A DNA stretch of 32,959 nucleotides from an uncultured Gemmatimonas sp. (GTDB lineage Bacteria; Gemmatimonadota; Gemmatimonadetes; Gemmatimonadales; Gemmatimonadaceae), in the NCBI GenBank assembly GCA_964456595.1, contig CAYWCJ010000002.1:1-32959 (forward strand). The letters run 5' to 3'. A program made the position numbers and the translations under genes. The notes under the pieces were generated by a model. It saw only the letters and a list, made by a program, of their open reading frames with translations, was not told the origin of the DNA and did not search any database. Position 1 is the stretch's first letter. The number at the start of each line of letters is the position of its first letter. This document shows positions 7,888-16,395 of the stretch, in pieces.

Positions 7888-10725
7888 TTACTGCAGCGGC
7901 TTGGTCGGGCGATCGAATCCACCGCTCAGTGCGTTCAGCAACAGCTTGTACGTGCCGTGCGGCTGCGAGCGGAAAAGAATCTCCGGTCCGAACAGATAGA
8001 GCGTGCCCTGACCAACCTTGGCCTCGGCCATCGCAACGCCGCCCTTGAGCAGGTTCTGCCCCCACGCCCAACCGCTTGTCAGCGGCGTTTCGGTGTCGAA
8101 CGTGGCGATGGCACGAATGCCCTTTGCTGCAGCATCCGGTCCGAGCTTCATCACTGGGCTGTTGTCGAACATCACCGACGGGCGCGGGGCCATGCCCGTG
8201 GCGATCATCGACGACGTATCAACCGCGACTTCGAGGAGCGAGCCCGGGATGTAGTACTTCTCGCCCGGATAGGCACGCCCACCCGCGTCCGTCAGGTAGT
8301 TCTCGATCGGCAGGCCAAGCTGCTTGCCCAACGCGATCGATGAGCCGATGGAGACGATGCGACCACCCGCCTCGAGGAAGGCCTTGAGCTGCGGCACGGT
8401 GCGATCGGTCGTCACACGACCGAGCTGACGGCGATATTCCGCCGGAATGAGCGTCGTGTCCGGTGAGCCGCCAAAGCCTTGACCAGGGCCAGCGCCCGCC
8501 GAAATCGCGCCGTCGGTGAGAATGAGCACGTCGTACTTGGCCTTCAGATTGCCGGCATCGAGATCCTGCGGATATACGACCGCGAACGGATACTCGAACT
8601 TCTCGAGAATCAGGCGCGTCCAGCCACTCGGCATGCTGCCGCCGTACCGATCGAAGAGCGCGACACGGAGTGGCGTCACCGGCTGCGCACCTGTGGGCTT
8701 CGTGTTGGCCGCGGCGAAGTTCACGCCCAGGTCCTTGGCCGACTGCGCAACGACGGCGTCCGCCGCGCCACCAGCCGGAATGAACCACGTGCCGGCGGGC
8801 CATGACGTACCACCATCCGTGAAGCCAACCGGACTGCGCGTCGACTTGATTCGCGCCTTCGCGAGACGATTGGTCACCGTCGCCGCGTCGTTGACGGCGG
8901 GATGGATGTAGTAGCCCGCCTTGCCCTTCGCCACGACACCGGCCGGCATCGCGGTCACGTCCTTCACCAACTCGAACGGACCCGTCACCGCATCGAGCGC
9001 GCGATCAAACTGCACGCCCATCTGGAACGCCAACGTCCAACCGGCGTTGTCGTACGGCGCGACTGGCGGGCCACCCGGATACCGGAAGTCGTTCGGATGA
9101 TCCTGCGGCTCGAACATGTCGAGCACATGCGAACGGAACGCCTGCGCGGTGAGTACGACCCACGAGCCCGCGGGATAGTTCTTGCCGTTCGTGCTGAAGG
9201 ACGACGTGGCGCGATGCACCTGCACGCCGGACTTCTGCAACGCCTGCACAAACTTGGTAGCCGTCGGGAAGTCGTTCTGCGTGCTGCTCAGGATGTAGCC
9301 GCGCGGGTCGCGGTTCTCCGGCTGCTTGAGCAACGCGAGATAGCGATCGTTGACCACCGCGCTGCCCGGTGTACCACCGCCGCCACGACCGCCGCGACCA
9401 CCTTCAGCCGCTGCCGGACCGGCCGTCGCGCGATCCTTGGCGATCTGCGCCACCATTGCGTCGACCCGCTTCGGGCTGATCGTCCAGCTGTCCTTCTTGC
9501 TCTTCTCGATCTGATCCATGCCCATGCGCCAGCGATCGTAGAGGAAACGCTCGCGATAGCGCGACGCGAGATCGAGAAAGGCGTAATTGGCGGAAACCGA
9601 GTAATCCACCGACTGACGGAAGTGCCATTCCTGCGGCTCGATCGGCAATGGCAGACTGGCCGAACGCAGCTGACGATCGGGCACCAGCGACACGCGCATC
9701 GGCGTGGGGTTGCCGATCGTCTCCGTCAGGATACCAATGATGTTGTGGTAGTACGCGACCGTACGCAGTCCACCGTTCCACCATGTCGAGTAGTTGGAAC
9801 CGGCGCGGAAGGTGAGGCCCGGTTTCCCTTCGGTGACGAAGCGGTGATTGAGCGCGGCGCCGACAAGATCGAGCCCTGTGATCATGGCCGGGTGGAACCA
9901 GTAGTTGGCCGGATCGCGGTACGGCGGCGCGGCCATCACCGTACCCGTCGGGCCGGTCTGGTGGTGATTGTACATGATCTGCGGGTGCCACTCGATGAAC
10001 ATGGTGCGCGAGACGTTGGCCGTCTCCCTGAGCGCGTTCATGTACGAGTCGCGATTGTTGTCATGCCCCGCGTACTTCTCATACAGACGCGGAATCGTGC
10101 CGGTCGTGCGGCGCAGCTTGTCGGGCTCCTTCATGTACCAATCGGAGACGAGCTCCATGCCGTCCGGATTGGCGTGCACCATGAGGATGATGCAGTCGTT
10201 CAGGATGCGCATCGTCTCTTCGTCGGTGCGGCTGTTGAGCTGCCAGAACGATTCGATGAGCTGCTGCGCACCGAGGACTTCCGTCGCGTGCAAACCCCCG
10301 TCGATCCAGAAGATCACCTTGCCCTCCTTGGCGAGGCGATGTGCTTCGGCCGAGTCGATGCCTTCGGCGCGCGCGAGCTTGTTCGAGATGTCCTTGTAGC
10401 GCGCGAGGTTCTTGTGGTTCTCGGGGCTGGTGACGATGGCCATGATCTGCGGCCGTCCTTCTTCCGTCAGGCCGATGGTGTCGAGCACGACGCGATTGCT
10501 TTCGCCGGCAACCTTGGCGAAGTACGCGTGCAGCCTGGTGTAGTTGGGGAGCTCGTAGTCCGCGCCAATGTCGTGGCCGAAGAACTGCTTCGGCGACGTG
10601 ACGCGTGACTGGGCCGTGAGTGTGAACGGCCACGCGGCAATCCCAATGATGGCGGCGGTGCGCCAGGTGGCGCGCCAGGTGGCGTGACGCAGACGGGTCA
10701 TTCGGGAGTGGGTCAGGAGGGTCAT
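7888..10725 (-). CDS. Secreted M14-family zinc carboxypeptidase with C-terminal accessory domains
   Basis: Signal peptide; GLHATE, NPDG, HDNNRD and YNHHQ motifs. The start could be 10701. Confidence 0.85.
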   Translation of the reverse strand: MTLLTHSRMTRLRHATWRATWRTAAIIGIAAWPFTLTAQSRVTSPKQFFGHDIGADYELPNYTRLHAYFAKVAGESNRVVLDTIGLTEEGRPQIMAIVTSPENHKNLARYKDISNKLARAEGIDSAEAHRLAKEGKVIFWIDGGLHATEVLGAQQLIESFWQLNSRTDEETMRILNDCIILMVHANPDGMELVSDWYMKEPDKLRRTTGTIPRLYEKYAGHDNNRDSYMNALRETANVSRTMFIEWHPQIMYNHHQTGPTGTVMAAPPYRDPANYWFHPAMITGLDLVGAALNHRFVTEGKPGLTFRAGSNYSTWWNGGLRTVAYYHNIIGILTETIGNPTPMRVSLVPDRQLRSASLPLPIEPQEWHFRQSVDYSVSANYAFLDLASRYRERFLYDRWRMGMDQIEKSKKDSWTISPKRVDAMVAQIAKDRATAGPAAAEGGRGGRGGGGTPGSAVVNDRYLALLKQPENRDPRGYILSSTQNDFPTATKFVQALQKSGVQVHRATSSFSTNGKNYPAGSWVVLTAQAFRSHVLDMFEPQDHPNDFRYPGGPPVAPYDNAGWTLAFQMGVQFDRALDAVTGPFELVKDVTAMPAGVVAKGKAGYYIHPAVNDAATVTNRLAKARIKSTRSPVGFTDGGTSWPAGTWFIPAGGAADAVVAQSAKDLGVNFAAANTKPTGAQPVTPLRVALFDRYGGSMPSGWTRLILEKFEYPFAVVYPQDLDAGNLKAKYDVLILTDGAISAGAGPGQGFGGSPDTTLIPAEYRRQLGRVTTDRTVPQLKAFLEAGGRIVSIGSSIALGKQLGLPIENYLTDAGGRAYPGEKYYIPGSLLEVAVDTSSMIATGMAPRPSVMFDNSPVMKLGPDAAAKGIRAIATFDTETPLTSGWAWGQNLLKGGVAMAEAKVGQGTLYLFGPEILFRSQPHGTYKLLLNALSGGFDRPTKPLQ

Positions 10726-10956
10726 CAGGTCGCCATGAGCTCGGGGACGGGACCGGTAGAGAGAGGTCCAGAAATCATACGATGTGAGGCGGGGCGACGT
10801 TGGGCGAGGGACGGAGACGAGCTCACCGCGTCCCTCGGCGGCGGGCGCGGTTGTGGGACGAGCTCAAGCGGGAGAACTTTGGGGCATTCGGCGGGTAGTT
10901 TTGTCGTTCTCCCCGTCTTCGTCGAAGTCCCGCCCCCACCAAGAGTTCACGTGATC

Positions 10957-11478
10957 ATGACGTTTCGCTCCCGCGCCTCCCGCACCCGCCTGACAATCGC
11001 CTCGGCGATGGCGGCCCTGACGTTTTCCGCCGCTCCCCTCGCCGCCCAGGCCACCGGCGCCAAACCGCCCGCCAAGTCCGGCATGGAGGGCATGGACCAC
11101 GCGGCCCACATGAAGGCGGGTGCCAAGGCAGCCGAGCCGAGCACGGGGTGGAAGGAGCTCGATGCCTATCACATGCTCATGATGGCCACGTGGCACCCCG
11201 CCAAGGAAAACGGCGACATGGCACCGCTCAAGGCCAAGGCCAAAGACATGGTCGCCGCCGCCACGGTGCTGGCGTCATCCACCCCGCCCAAGTCGTGCGC
11301 CACGCCCGCGCTCAAGGACGCCGCCACGAACCTCGTGCCCCAGACGCAGGGCGTGGCCGATATGGTGGCCAAGAACGCCGACAACAACGCGCTCAAGGAT
11401 GCCCTGAAGGTGCTGCATGACAAGTTCGACGTCCTCGAGGAAGGCTGCTCGCCAATGAAGCACGAGATGAAGCATTAG
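10957..11478 (+). CDS. Secreted His/Met-rich hypothetical protein
   Basis: ATG 10957, signal peptide ending PLAAQ, strongly GC3-biased codons, GMDHAAHM and KHEMKH motifs. Confidence 0.75.
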   Translation: MTFRSRASRTRLTIASAMAALTFSAAPLAAQATGAKPPAKSGMEGMDHAAHMKAGAKAAEPSTGWKELDAYHMLMMATWHPAKENGDMAPLKAKAKDMVAAATVLASSTPPKSCATPALKDAATNLVPQTQGVADMVAKNADNNALKDALKVLHDKFDVLEEGCSPMKHEMKH

Positions 11479-11486
11479 ATGACGGA

Positions 11487-12653
11487 CTAACGCTCCTCGA
11501 ACGTCCCGAATCGCAACGGCACACCGTCGCGAACGTGCCAGGCGCCACGTGCCATCACGTGGCGAACCTGGTGCGAGTCATCGAGCACCACGAGATCGGC
11601 GTCGCTACCCACGTCGATGCGCCCCTTGTGCGGCAGGCGAAGCAGTCGAGATACATTGCTCGTGAACGCCGGCAGTACATCCGGCAACGCTGCGCCATCG
11701 CGCAAAAGCTCAGCGATCGTTTCCATCAAGGCGCCTGAGTCGCCGACGCCCATCTGCACGACGCGCCCCGCGTCGTCGAAGCGCGGCAGACATCCGCCGC
11801 CGTCCGAACTCACCGTCACCCGATCGCGCGGCGCACCGCTCTCGAAATAGCGCGACAGTGCAGCGGCTGCACTCCATGCGTCTTCGTCGGTCGCCACTGG
11901 AAACGCGGTGATGTCGATGTGACAGCCGACTGAGGTGAGCGAGAGTGCTTCGTCGAAGAGCGCCTTGCGACGATTGACGTGTGTGGGATTGAAGACGCGC
12001 GCCGGCAACTCGCTATTCACCAAGGCGTCGCGAATGAGGGCGAGCCCCCGCTCACCGTCGCCGAGATGCAGGTGCACGATCCCCGCCTTGCCCGTCATCA
12101 GTCCGGCCACGTGCGCTTCGGACGCGAGTCGCAAGAGTTCATCGAGTGTGGGTTGGCTCGAGCGATGATCGCTGAGGGCCACCTCTCCAACGCCGATGAT
12201 GCGATCGATCTGTGCGATATCGCCGCGCACCGAGCCGGTGAGCGTGGTAGGCGGCAGGTGATAGCCACCCGTGTGACACCACGCACTCAGGCCTTCCGCA
12301 ATGAGGGCGCGCGCCGTCACCACCAGCTCGGCCGTCGAACGCGTGACATCGTCGGTTCCAAGCACACCGATGGCACTGGTGACGCCTCCCCGTGTGTAGC
12401 GCGACAACATCGGCGGCGGCACGCGTGACTCGGGCCCTGCCTCGCCGCCACCGCCGGTGAGGTGCACATGCCCGTCGATGAGCCCGGGAATGAGGCGCAT
12501 CCCTTCGAGGTCGACGATGGTCGCAGCGAGACTCGCCGGCAGATCGGCGAGCGATGCCCCCATCCAGAGCACACGCTCGCCACCTACGAGCAGGTCGCAG
12601 CGCCCCTTGGGCTCCGGAGCAAAAACGTCAGCGTTGCGCAGGACGGTCAGCAT
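11487..12653 (-). CDS. iadA: Isoaspartyl dipeptidase (beta-aspartyl peptidase)
   Basis: PGLIDGHVHLTGGGGEAG, GVLGTD, GVGEVALSDHRSSQPT, HLGDG, PTHVNR and VSSDGGG are IadA-type amidohydrolase motifs. Confidence 0.93.
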   Translation of the reverse strand: MLTVLRNADVFAPEPKGRCDLLVGGERVLWMGASLADLPASLAATIVDLEGMRLIPGLIDGHVHLTGGGGEAGPESRVPPPMLSRYTRGGVTSAIGVLGTDDVTRSTAELVVTARALIAEGLSAWCHTGGYHLPPTTLTGSVRGDIAQIDRIIGVGEVALSDHRSSQPTLDELLRLASEAHVAGLMTGKAGIVHLHLGDGERGLALIRDALVNSELPARVFNPTHVNRRKALFDEALSLTSVGCHIDITAFPVATDEDAWSAAAALSRYFESGAPRDRVTVSSDGGGCLPRFDDAGRVVQMGVGDSGALMETIAELLRDGAALPDVLPAFTSNVSRLLRLPHKGRIDVGSDADLVVLDDSHQVRHVMARGAWHVRDGVPLRFGTFEER

Positions 12654-12660
12654 GCGCTGA

Positions 12661-12693
12661 ACGTTACCGAACCGTGTTGGCGCGCGTTAGCTT
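12661..12693. promoter_or_regulatory. Putative back-to-back -10 elements for leaderless iadA and cphB
   Basis: TAACGT (minus, 12666-12661) is 7 nt before the iadA ATG, and TAGCTT (plus, 12688-12693) is 8 nt before the cphB ATG. No SD in the 48-bp gap. Confidence 0.45.
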
Positions 12694-12701
12694 CCCTCAT
12701 C

Positions 12702-13532
12702 ATGCCTTCACGCCCACACGCAGACGTTGCGCGAGGCTGGATCATTCCCATCGGCGGCAAACTGGCCGATGACGCGATCCTCGACCGGTTCGTCGCGCTC
12801 AGCGGCGGCTCCCGCGCGTGCATTGCCGTGATTCCCACGGCATCGAGTGAGCCCGATATCGGTACGTACTACGAACGCGTCTTTGCCAGGCTTGGTGTGC
12901 GCAACGCAAAGTCGTTGCGCTTCGAACGACGCAGCGATTGCGATGATGCCGATTGGCTGGAGTGGTTGTCGAGCGCCACGGGCGTGTTCATCACCGGCGG
13001 CAATCAGCTCAAGCTCACGGCAACACTCGGCGGTACACCGGTGGCGAAACTGATGCGCATTCGCAACGCCGCGGGCGTGCACATTGCCGGCACCAGCGCC
13101 GGCGCCGCATTTCTCAGTGAGCACATGATCGCGTTTGGCGAGGAAGGTGCGACACCGCGCGCCGGTATGGTCACCATGTGCGCCGGACTCGGCCTCACCA
13201 ATCGCGTGATCGTCGATCAGCACTTTCGTCAACGCGATCGACTCGGGCGACTGCTCACGGCCCTTGCCTACAACCCCTTCTCTGTCGGACTCGGCGTGGA
13301 CGAAGACACCGCCGCGTTCATCAGTCCGGACGAAGTGGTGGAAGTGATGGGCAGTGGCGCCGTCACGCTTGTCGATCCGTCGGAAGTGGAGTTCTCGAGC
13401 ATCGCCGACGCCAAGCCCGGCGAAGCGGTGACGCTGATCGGCGTGAAGGTCCACGTGCTGACCCCGGGCGCGACGTTCAACCTGCACACGCGGCAGCCAT
13501 TCGGCGCCAGCGTGTTCGCCTCCGCGGACTGA
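12702..13532 (+). CDS. cphB: Cyanophycinase (S51 serine peptidase)
   Basis: IPIGG, IPTAS, TGGNQL, GTSAGA nucleophile, DQHFRQRDRLGRL and GVDEDTA; directly upstream of cphA. Confidence 0.95.
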   Translation: MPSRPHADVARGWIIPIGGKLADDAILDRFVALSGGSRACIAVIPTASSEPDIGTYYERVFARLGVRNAKSLRFERRSDCDDADWLEWLSSATGVFITGGNQLKLTATLGGTPVAKLMRIRNAAGVHIAGTSAGAAFLSEHMIAFGEEGATPRAGMVTMCAGLGLTNRVIVDQHFRQRDRLGRLLTALAYNPFSVGLGVDEDTAAFISPDEVVEVMGSGAVTLVDPSEVEFSSIADAKPGEAVTLIGVKVHVLTPGATFNLHTRQPFGASVFASAD

Positions 13533-13537
13533 GCCAC

Positions 13538-16393
13538 ATGGAAATTCTCGATCGGTCCGTGTACGTGGGACCAAGTCACTACGCGCACTTTCCGGTCATT
13601 CGTCTTGAGCTCGACTTGGGCGCGTTGGAGCAGTGGCCCACGCGCAAACTGGGCGAAGGTTTCATCAACGCGCTGCTCGACGCGCTGCCCGGACTCAAAG
13701 AGCATGGCTGCTCGTATGGCGAACCGGGTGGCTTCGTCCGTCGCATGACCGAAGACGAGGGCACATGGCTTGGTCATGTGCTCGAACACGTCGCCATCGA
13801 ATTGCAGAACGTTGCCGGCGTGAAGGTGACGTTCGGCAAGACACGCGAGACGTCGCGCTCGGGCGTGTACGACGTGGTCTTTGAATACGAGCAGGAGGAT
13901 GTCGGACTCGAAGCCGCCGACGTCGCGCTCGATCTGCTCCATCATCTGCTGCCGCGCGAGTTGCGTCCGTCGAGCGCGGACGATGCGTTCGATCTCGCCG
14001 CGCGTCGTGATGCGTTCATCCGCTACGCGCAGCGCCGTGCACTGGGCCCAAGCACAGCGAGTATCGTGCACGCCGCCGAAGCACGCGACATACCGTGGAT
14101 GCGGCTCAACGAGCAGAGTCTCATTCAACTCGGCTACGGCTGCAATCAGCAACGTATTCAGGCCACGATCACCGGGCGCACGCCGCACATCGCTGTCGAT
14201 CTCGCGAGCGACAAGGAAGCAACCAATCGCATTCTGTCGCGACTGGGTTTGCCCGTGCCAAAGCAGCGGCTGGTGCAATCAGCCGAGCGCGCAATCGCGG
14301 CCGCCGAACGCATCGGGTATCCGGTGGTGACGAAGCCGTACAACGGCAATCACGGGCGCGGTGTGTCAATCGCGCTCACCACGCCCGAGGAAGTGACGGC
14401 CGGATTTCTGCGCGCACAGGAGATCTCGCGCAGTGTGATCGTGGAGAGCTACATCACCGGCCACGATCATCGCATGCTGGTGGTGAATGGTGAACTCGTG
14501 GCCGTCTCCAAGCGCGAGCCGGGCAAGGTCACCGGCGATGGCGTGCGCACCATCGCGCAGCTCGTCGCCGAGGTCAACGCCGATCCGCGACGTGGTATCG
14601 GACACGAAAAGGTGCTGACGCAGATCGAGATCGATGAGCAGGCGATCGGGCTGCTCGACAAGCTTGGCTACACGCCGCAGAGCGTTCCGCCCGCAGGAGA
14701 AGATGTCTATCTCCGCCTCACTGCCAATCTCTCGACGGGTGGCACGGCGACCGACATGACCGATGTCGTGAGCCCGGACAACGCCGAGATGGCGGTGCGC
14801 GCCATACAGGCGATCGGGCTGGATGTCGGCGGTGTGGACTTTCTTTCCCCCGACATCACGCAGTCGTACAAAGATGTCGGGGGCGCGATCTGTGAAGTGA
14901 ATGCGGCGCCGGGGTTCCGCATGCACATGGCGCCGAGTGAAGGGCGTCCGCGTGATGTGGCGGGGAAGGTCATCGACATGCTCTTTCCGAAGAACGCGGC
15001 GAGTACGATTCCGATTGCCGCGATCACCGGAACGAACGGCAAGACGACGACCGCTCGACTGCTGGCGCACATTCACAAGCTCGCGGGTCAGTGCGTTGGT
15101 CTGACCACGACGGATGGTGTGTACATCGACGGGCAGCGGACTGTCGAAGGCGACATGACCGGTCCGACCTCGGCGCGCATCGTGCTCAGTGATCCGGCGG
15201 TGCAGGTGGCGGTGCTGGAGACGGCACGCGGGGGATTGCTGCGCGCGGGGATGGCCATGCGTCATGTCGATGTGGGCGCGGTGCTCAACATCCAGCCTGA
15301 TCACCTCGGGCAGAAGGGAATCGACACACTCGAACAGTTGGCCGAAGTGAAGCACACCGTGGTGGAGATCGCGACCGATACGGCCGTGCTCAATGCCGAC
15401 GATCCGCACACGTTGCGCATGGCCGCGTATACCAAGTCGAAGCACGTGTGCTACGTGACGATGGACCCGGCGCACGATCTGGTGCGTGAGCACATTCGGG
15501 CCGGTGGCCGGGCGTGCGCGATCGAAGCTGGTGTGAACGGACAGATGATCACCATCTACGATCGTGGCGCGCACATTCCGTTGTTGTGGACCCATCTCAT
15601 CCCCGCCACGCTCGAAGGGCGTGCGACCTTCAACGTGCAGAACGCGATGTTCGCCGCCGCGATGGCGTTCTCCATGGGTGTGCGCCTCGAGGACATCCGT
15701 CACGGCCTGCGCACGTTCGACACGACGTTCTTCCAGGCGCCGGGTCGACTGAACGTGTACGATGAGCATCCGTTCAAGGTGCTTTTCGACTACGGGCACA
15801 ACGCGCACGCGGTGGGCGCGCTCTGTCAGCTGGTCAATCGCATGACACCCAAAGGGCGACGGTTGTGTGTGCTGTCGGCGCCGGGCGATCGGCGTGACGA
15901 AGACGTTCTGGCGATCGCACGCGTCGCAGCGGAAGCGAAATTCGATCACTACATCTGTCGTCGCGATGACGCACTGCGCGGGCGTGCTGAAGCCGATATC
16001 CCCAATATGCTCGCGGCGGCATTGCGCAACCATGGAATCGGCAGCGATCGCATCACGGTGATCGCGGATGAGCAGCAGGCGATCGAGGGCGCGTTGCGCA
16101 TGGCACAGACAGGCGATCTGGTGCTGATCTTTGCTGATGCACTCGCGCGCGGGTGGAAGCAGATCGTGAACTTCCGCCCTGACGTCGATGCGTCGGTGGT
16201 ACCGGCACCGCGTGCCGCGCGATCGGTGCCGCGCGCCGCCGTGCTGGAGGAAGGACCGGCCGACGACGTTGCACCGGCCAAGGCATCGCCTGTGCGCGAA
16301 GACGTGCCGTCCCGCTGGACGACGACCTCGGAGGAGATGATTCTGCTGCGCGACGCACGCGGCGTCATCCTCGCCCCTGAAGCCAACGACTAG
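13538..16393 (+). CDS. cphA: Cyanophycin synthetase CphA1 (N + ATP-grasp + Mur-ligase domains)
   Basis: HGCS...GTWLGHVLEHVAIELQ (N domain); LGPST, KPYNGNHGRGV, ANLSTGG and EVNAAPGFRMH (G domain); TGTNGKTTT, ETARGG, PGRLN and DYGHN (M domain). Confidence 0.96.
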   Translation: MEILDRSVYVGPSHYAHFPVIRLELDLGALEQWPTRKLGEGFINALLDALPGLKEHGCSYGEPGGFVRRMTEDEGTWLGHVLEHVAIELQNVAGVKVTFGKTRETSRSGVYDVVFEYEQEDVGLEAADVALDLLHHLLPRELRPSSADDAFDLAARRDAFIRYAQRRALGPSTASIVHAAEARDIPWMRLNEQSLIQLGYGCNQQRIQATITGRTPHIAVDLASDKEATNRILSRLGLPVPKQRLVQSAERAIAAAERIGYPVVTKPYNGNHGRGVSIALTTPEEVTAGFLRAQEISRSVIVESYITGHDHRMLVVNGELVAVSKREPGKVTGDGVRTIAQLVAEVNADPRRGIGHEKVLTQIEIDEQAIGLLDKLGYTPQSVPPAGEDVYLRLTANLSTGGTATDMTDVVSPDNAEMAVRAIQAIGLDVGGVDFLSPDITQSYKDVGGAICEVNAAPGFRMHMAPSEGRPRDVAGKVIDMLFPKNAASTIPIAAITGTNGKTTTARLLAHIHKLAGQCVGLTTTDGVYIDGQRTVEGDMTGPTSARIVLSDPAVQVAVLETARGGLLRAGMAMRHVDVGAVLNIQPDHLGQKGIDTLEQLAEVKHTVVEIATDTAVLNADDPHTLRMAAYTKSKHVCYVTMDPAHDLVREHIRAGGRACAIEAGVNGQMITIYDRGAHIPLLWTHLIPATLEGRATFNVQNAMFAAAMAFSMGVRLEDIRHGLRTFDTTFFQAPGRLNVYDEHPFKVLFDYGHNAHAVGALCQLVNRMTPKGRRLCVLSAPGDRRDEDVLAIARVAAEAKFDHYICRRDDALRGRAEADIPNMLAAALRNHGIGSDRITVIADEQQAIEGALRMAQTGDLVLIFADALARGWKQIVNFRPDVDASVVPAPRAARSVPRAAVLEEGPADDVAPAKASPVREDVPSRWTTTSEEMILLRDARGVILAPEAND

Positions 16394-16395
16394 CC

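Noticed and set aside
6126-7999. ORFs crossing the 7178-7887 intergenic region (6126..7829, 7223..7999, 7162..7878)
   Set aside because: Low-complexity Arg/Ala/Pro translations of the repeats, with no transposase or other motif.
13178-13537. 120-aa N-terminal extension of CphA in the ORF track (similar extensions at 123, 10684, 12462, 29453)
   Set aside because: These overlap neighbouring genes or promoters; family-like sequence begins at the downstream ATG.
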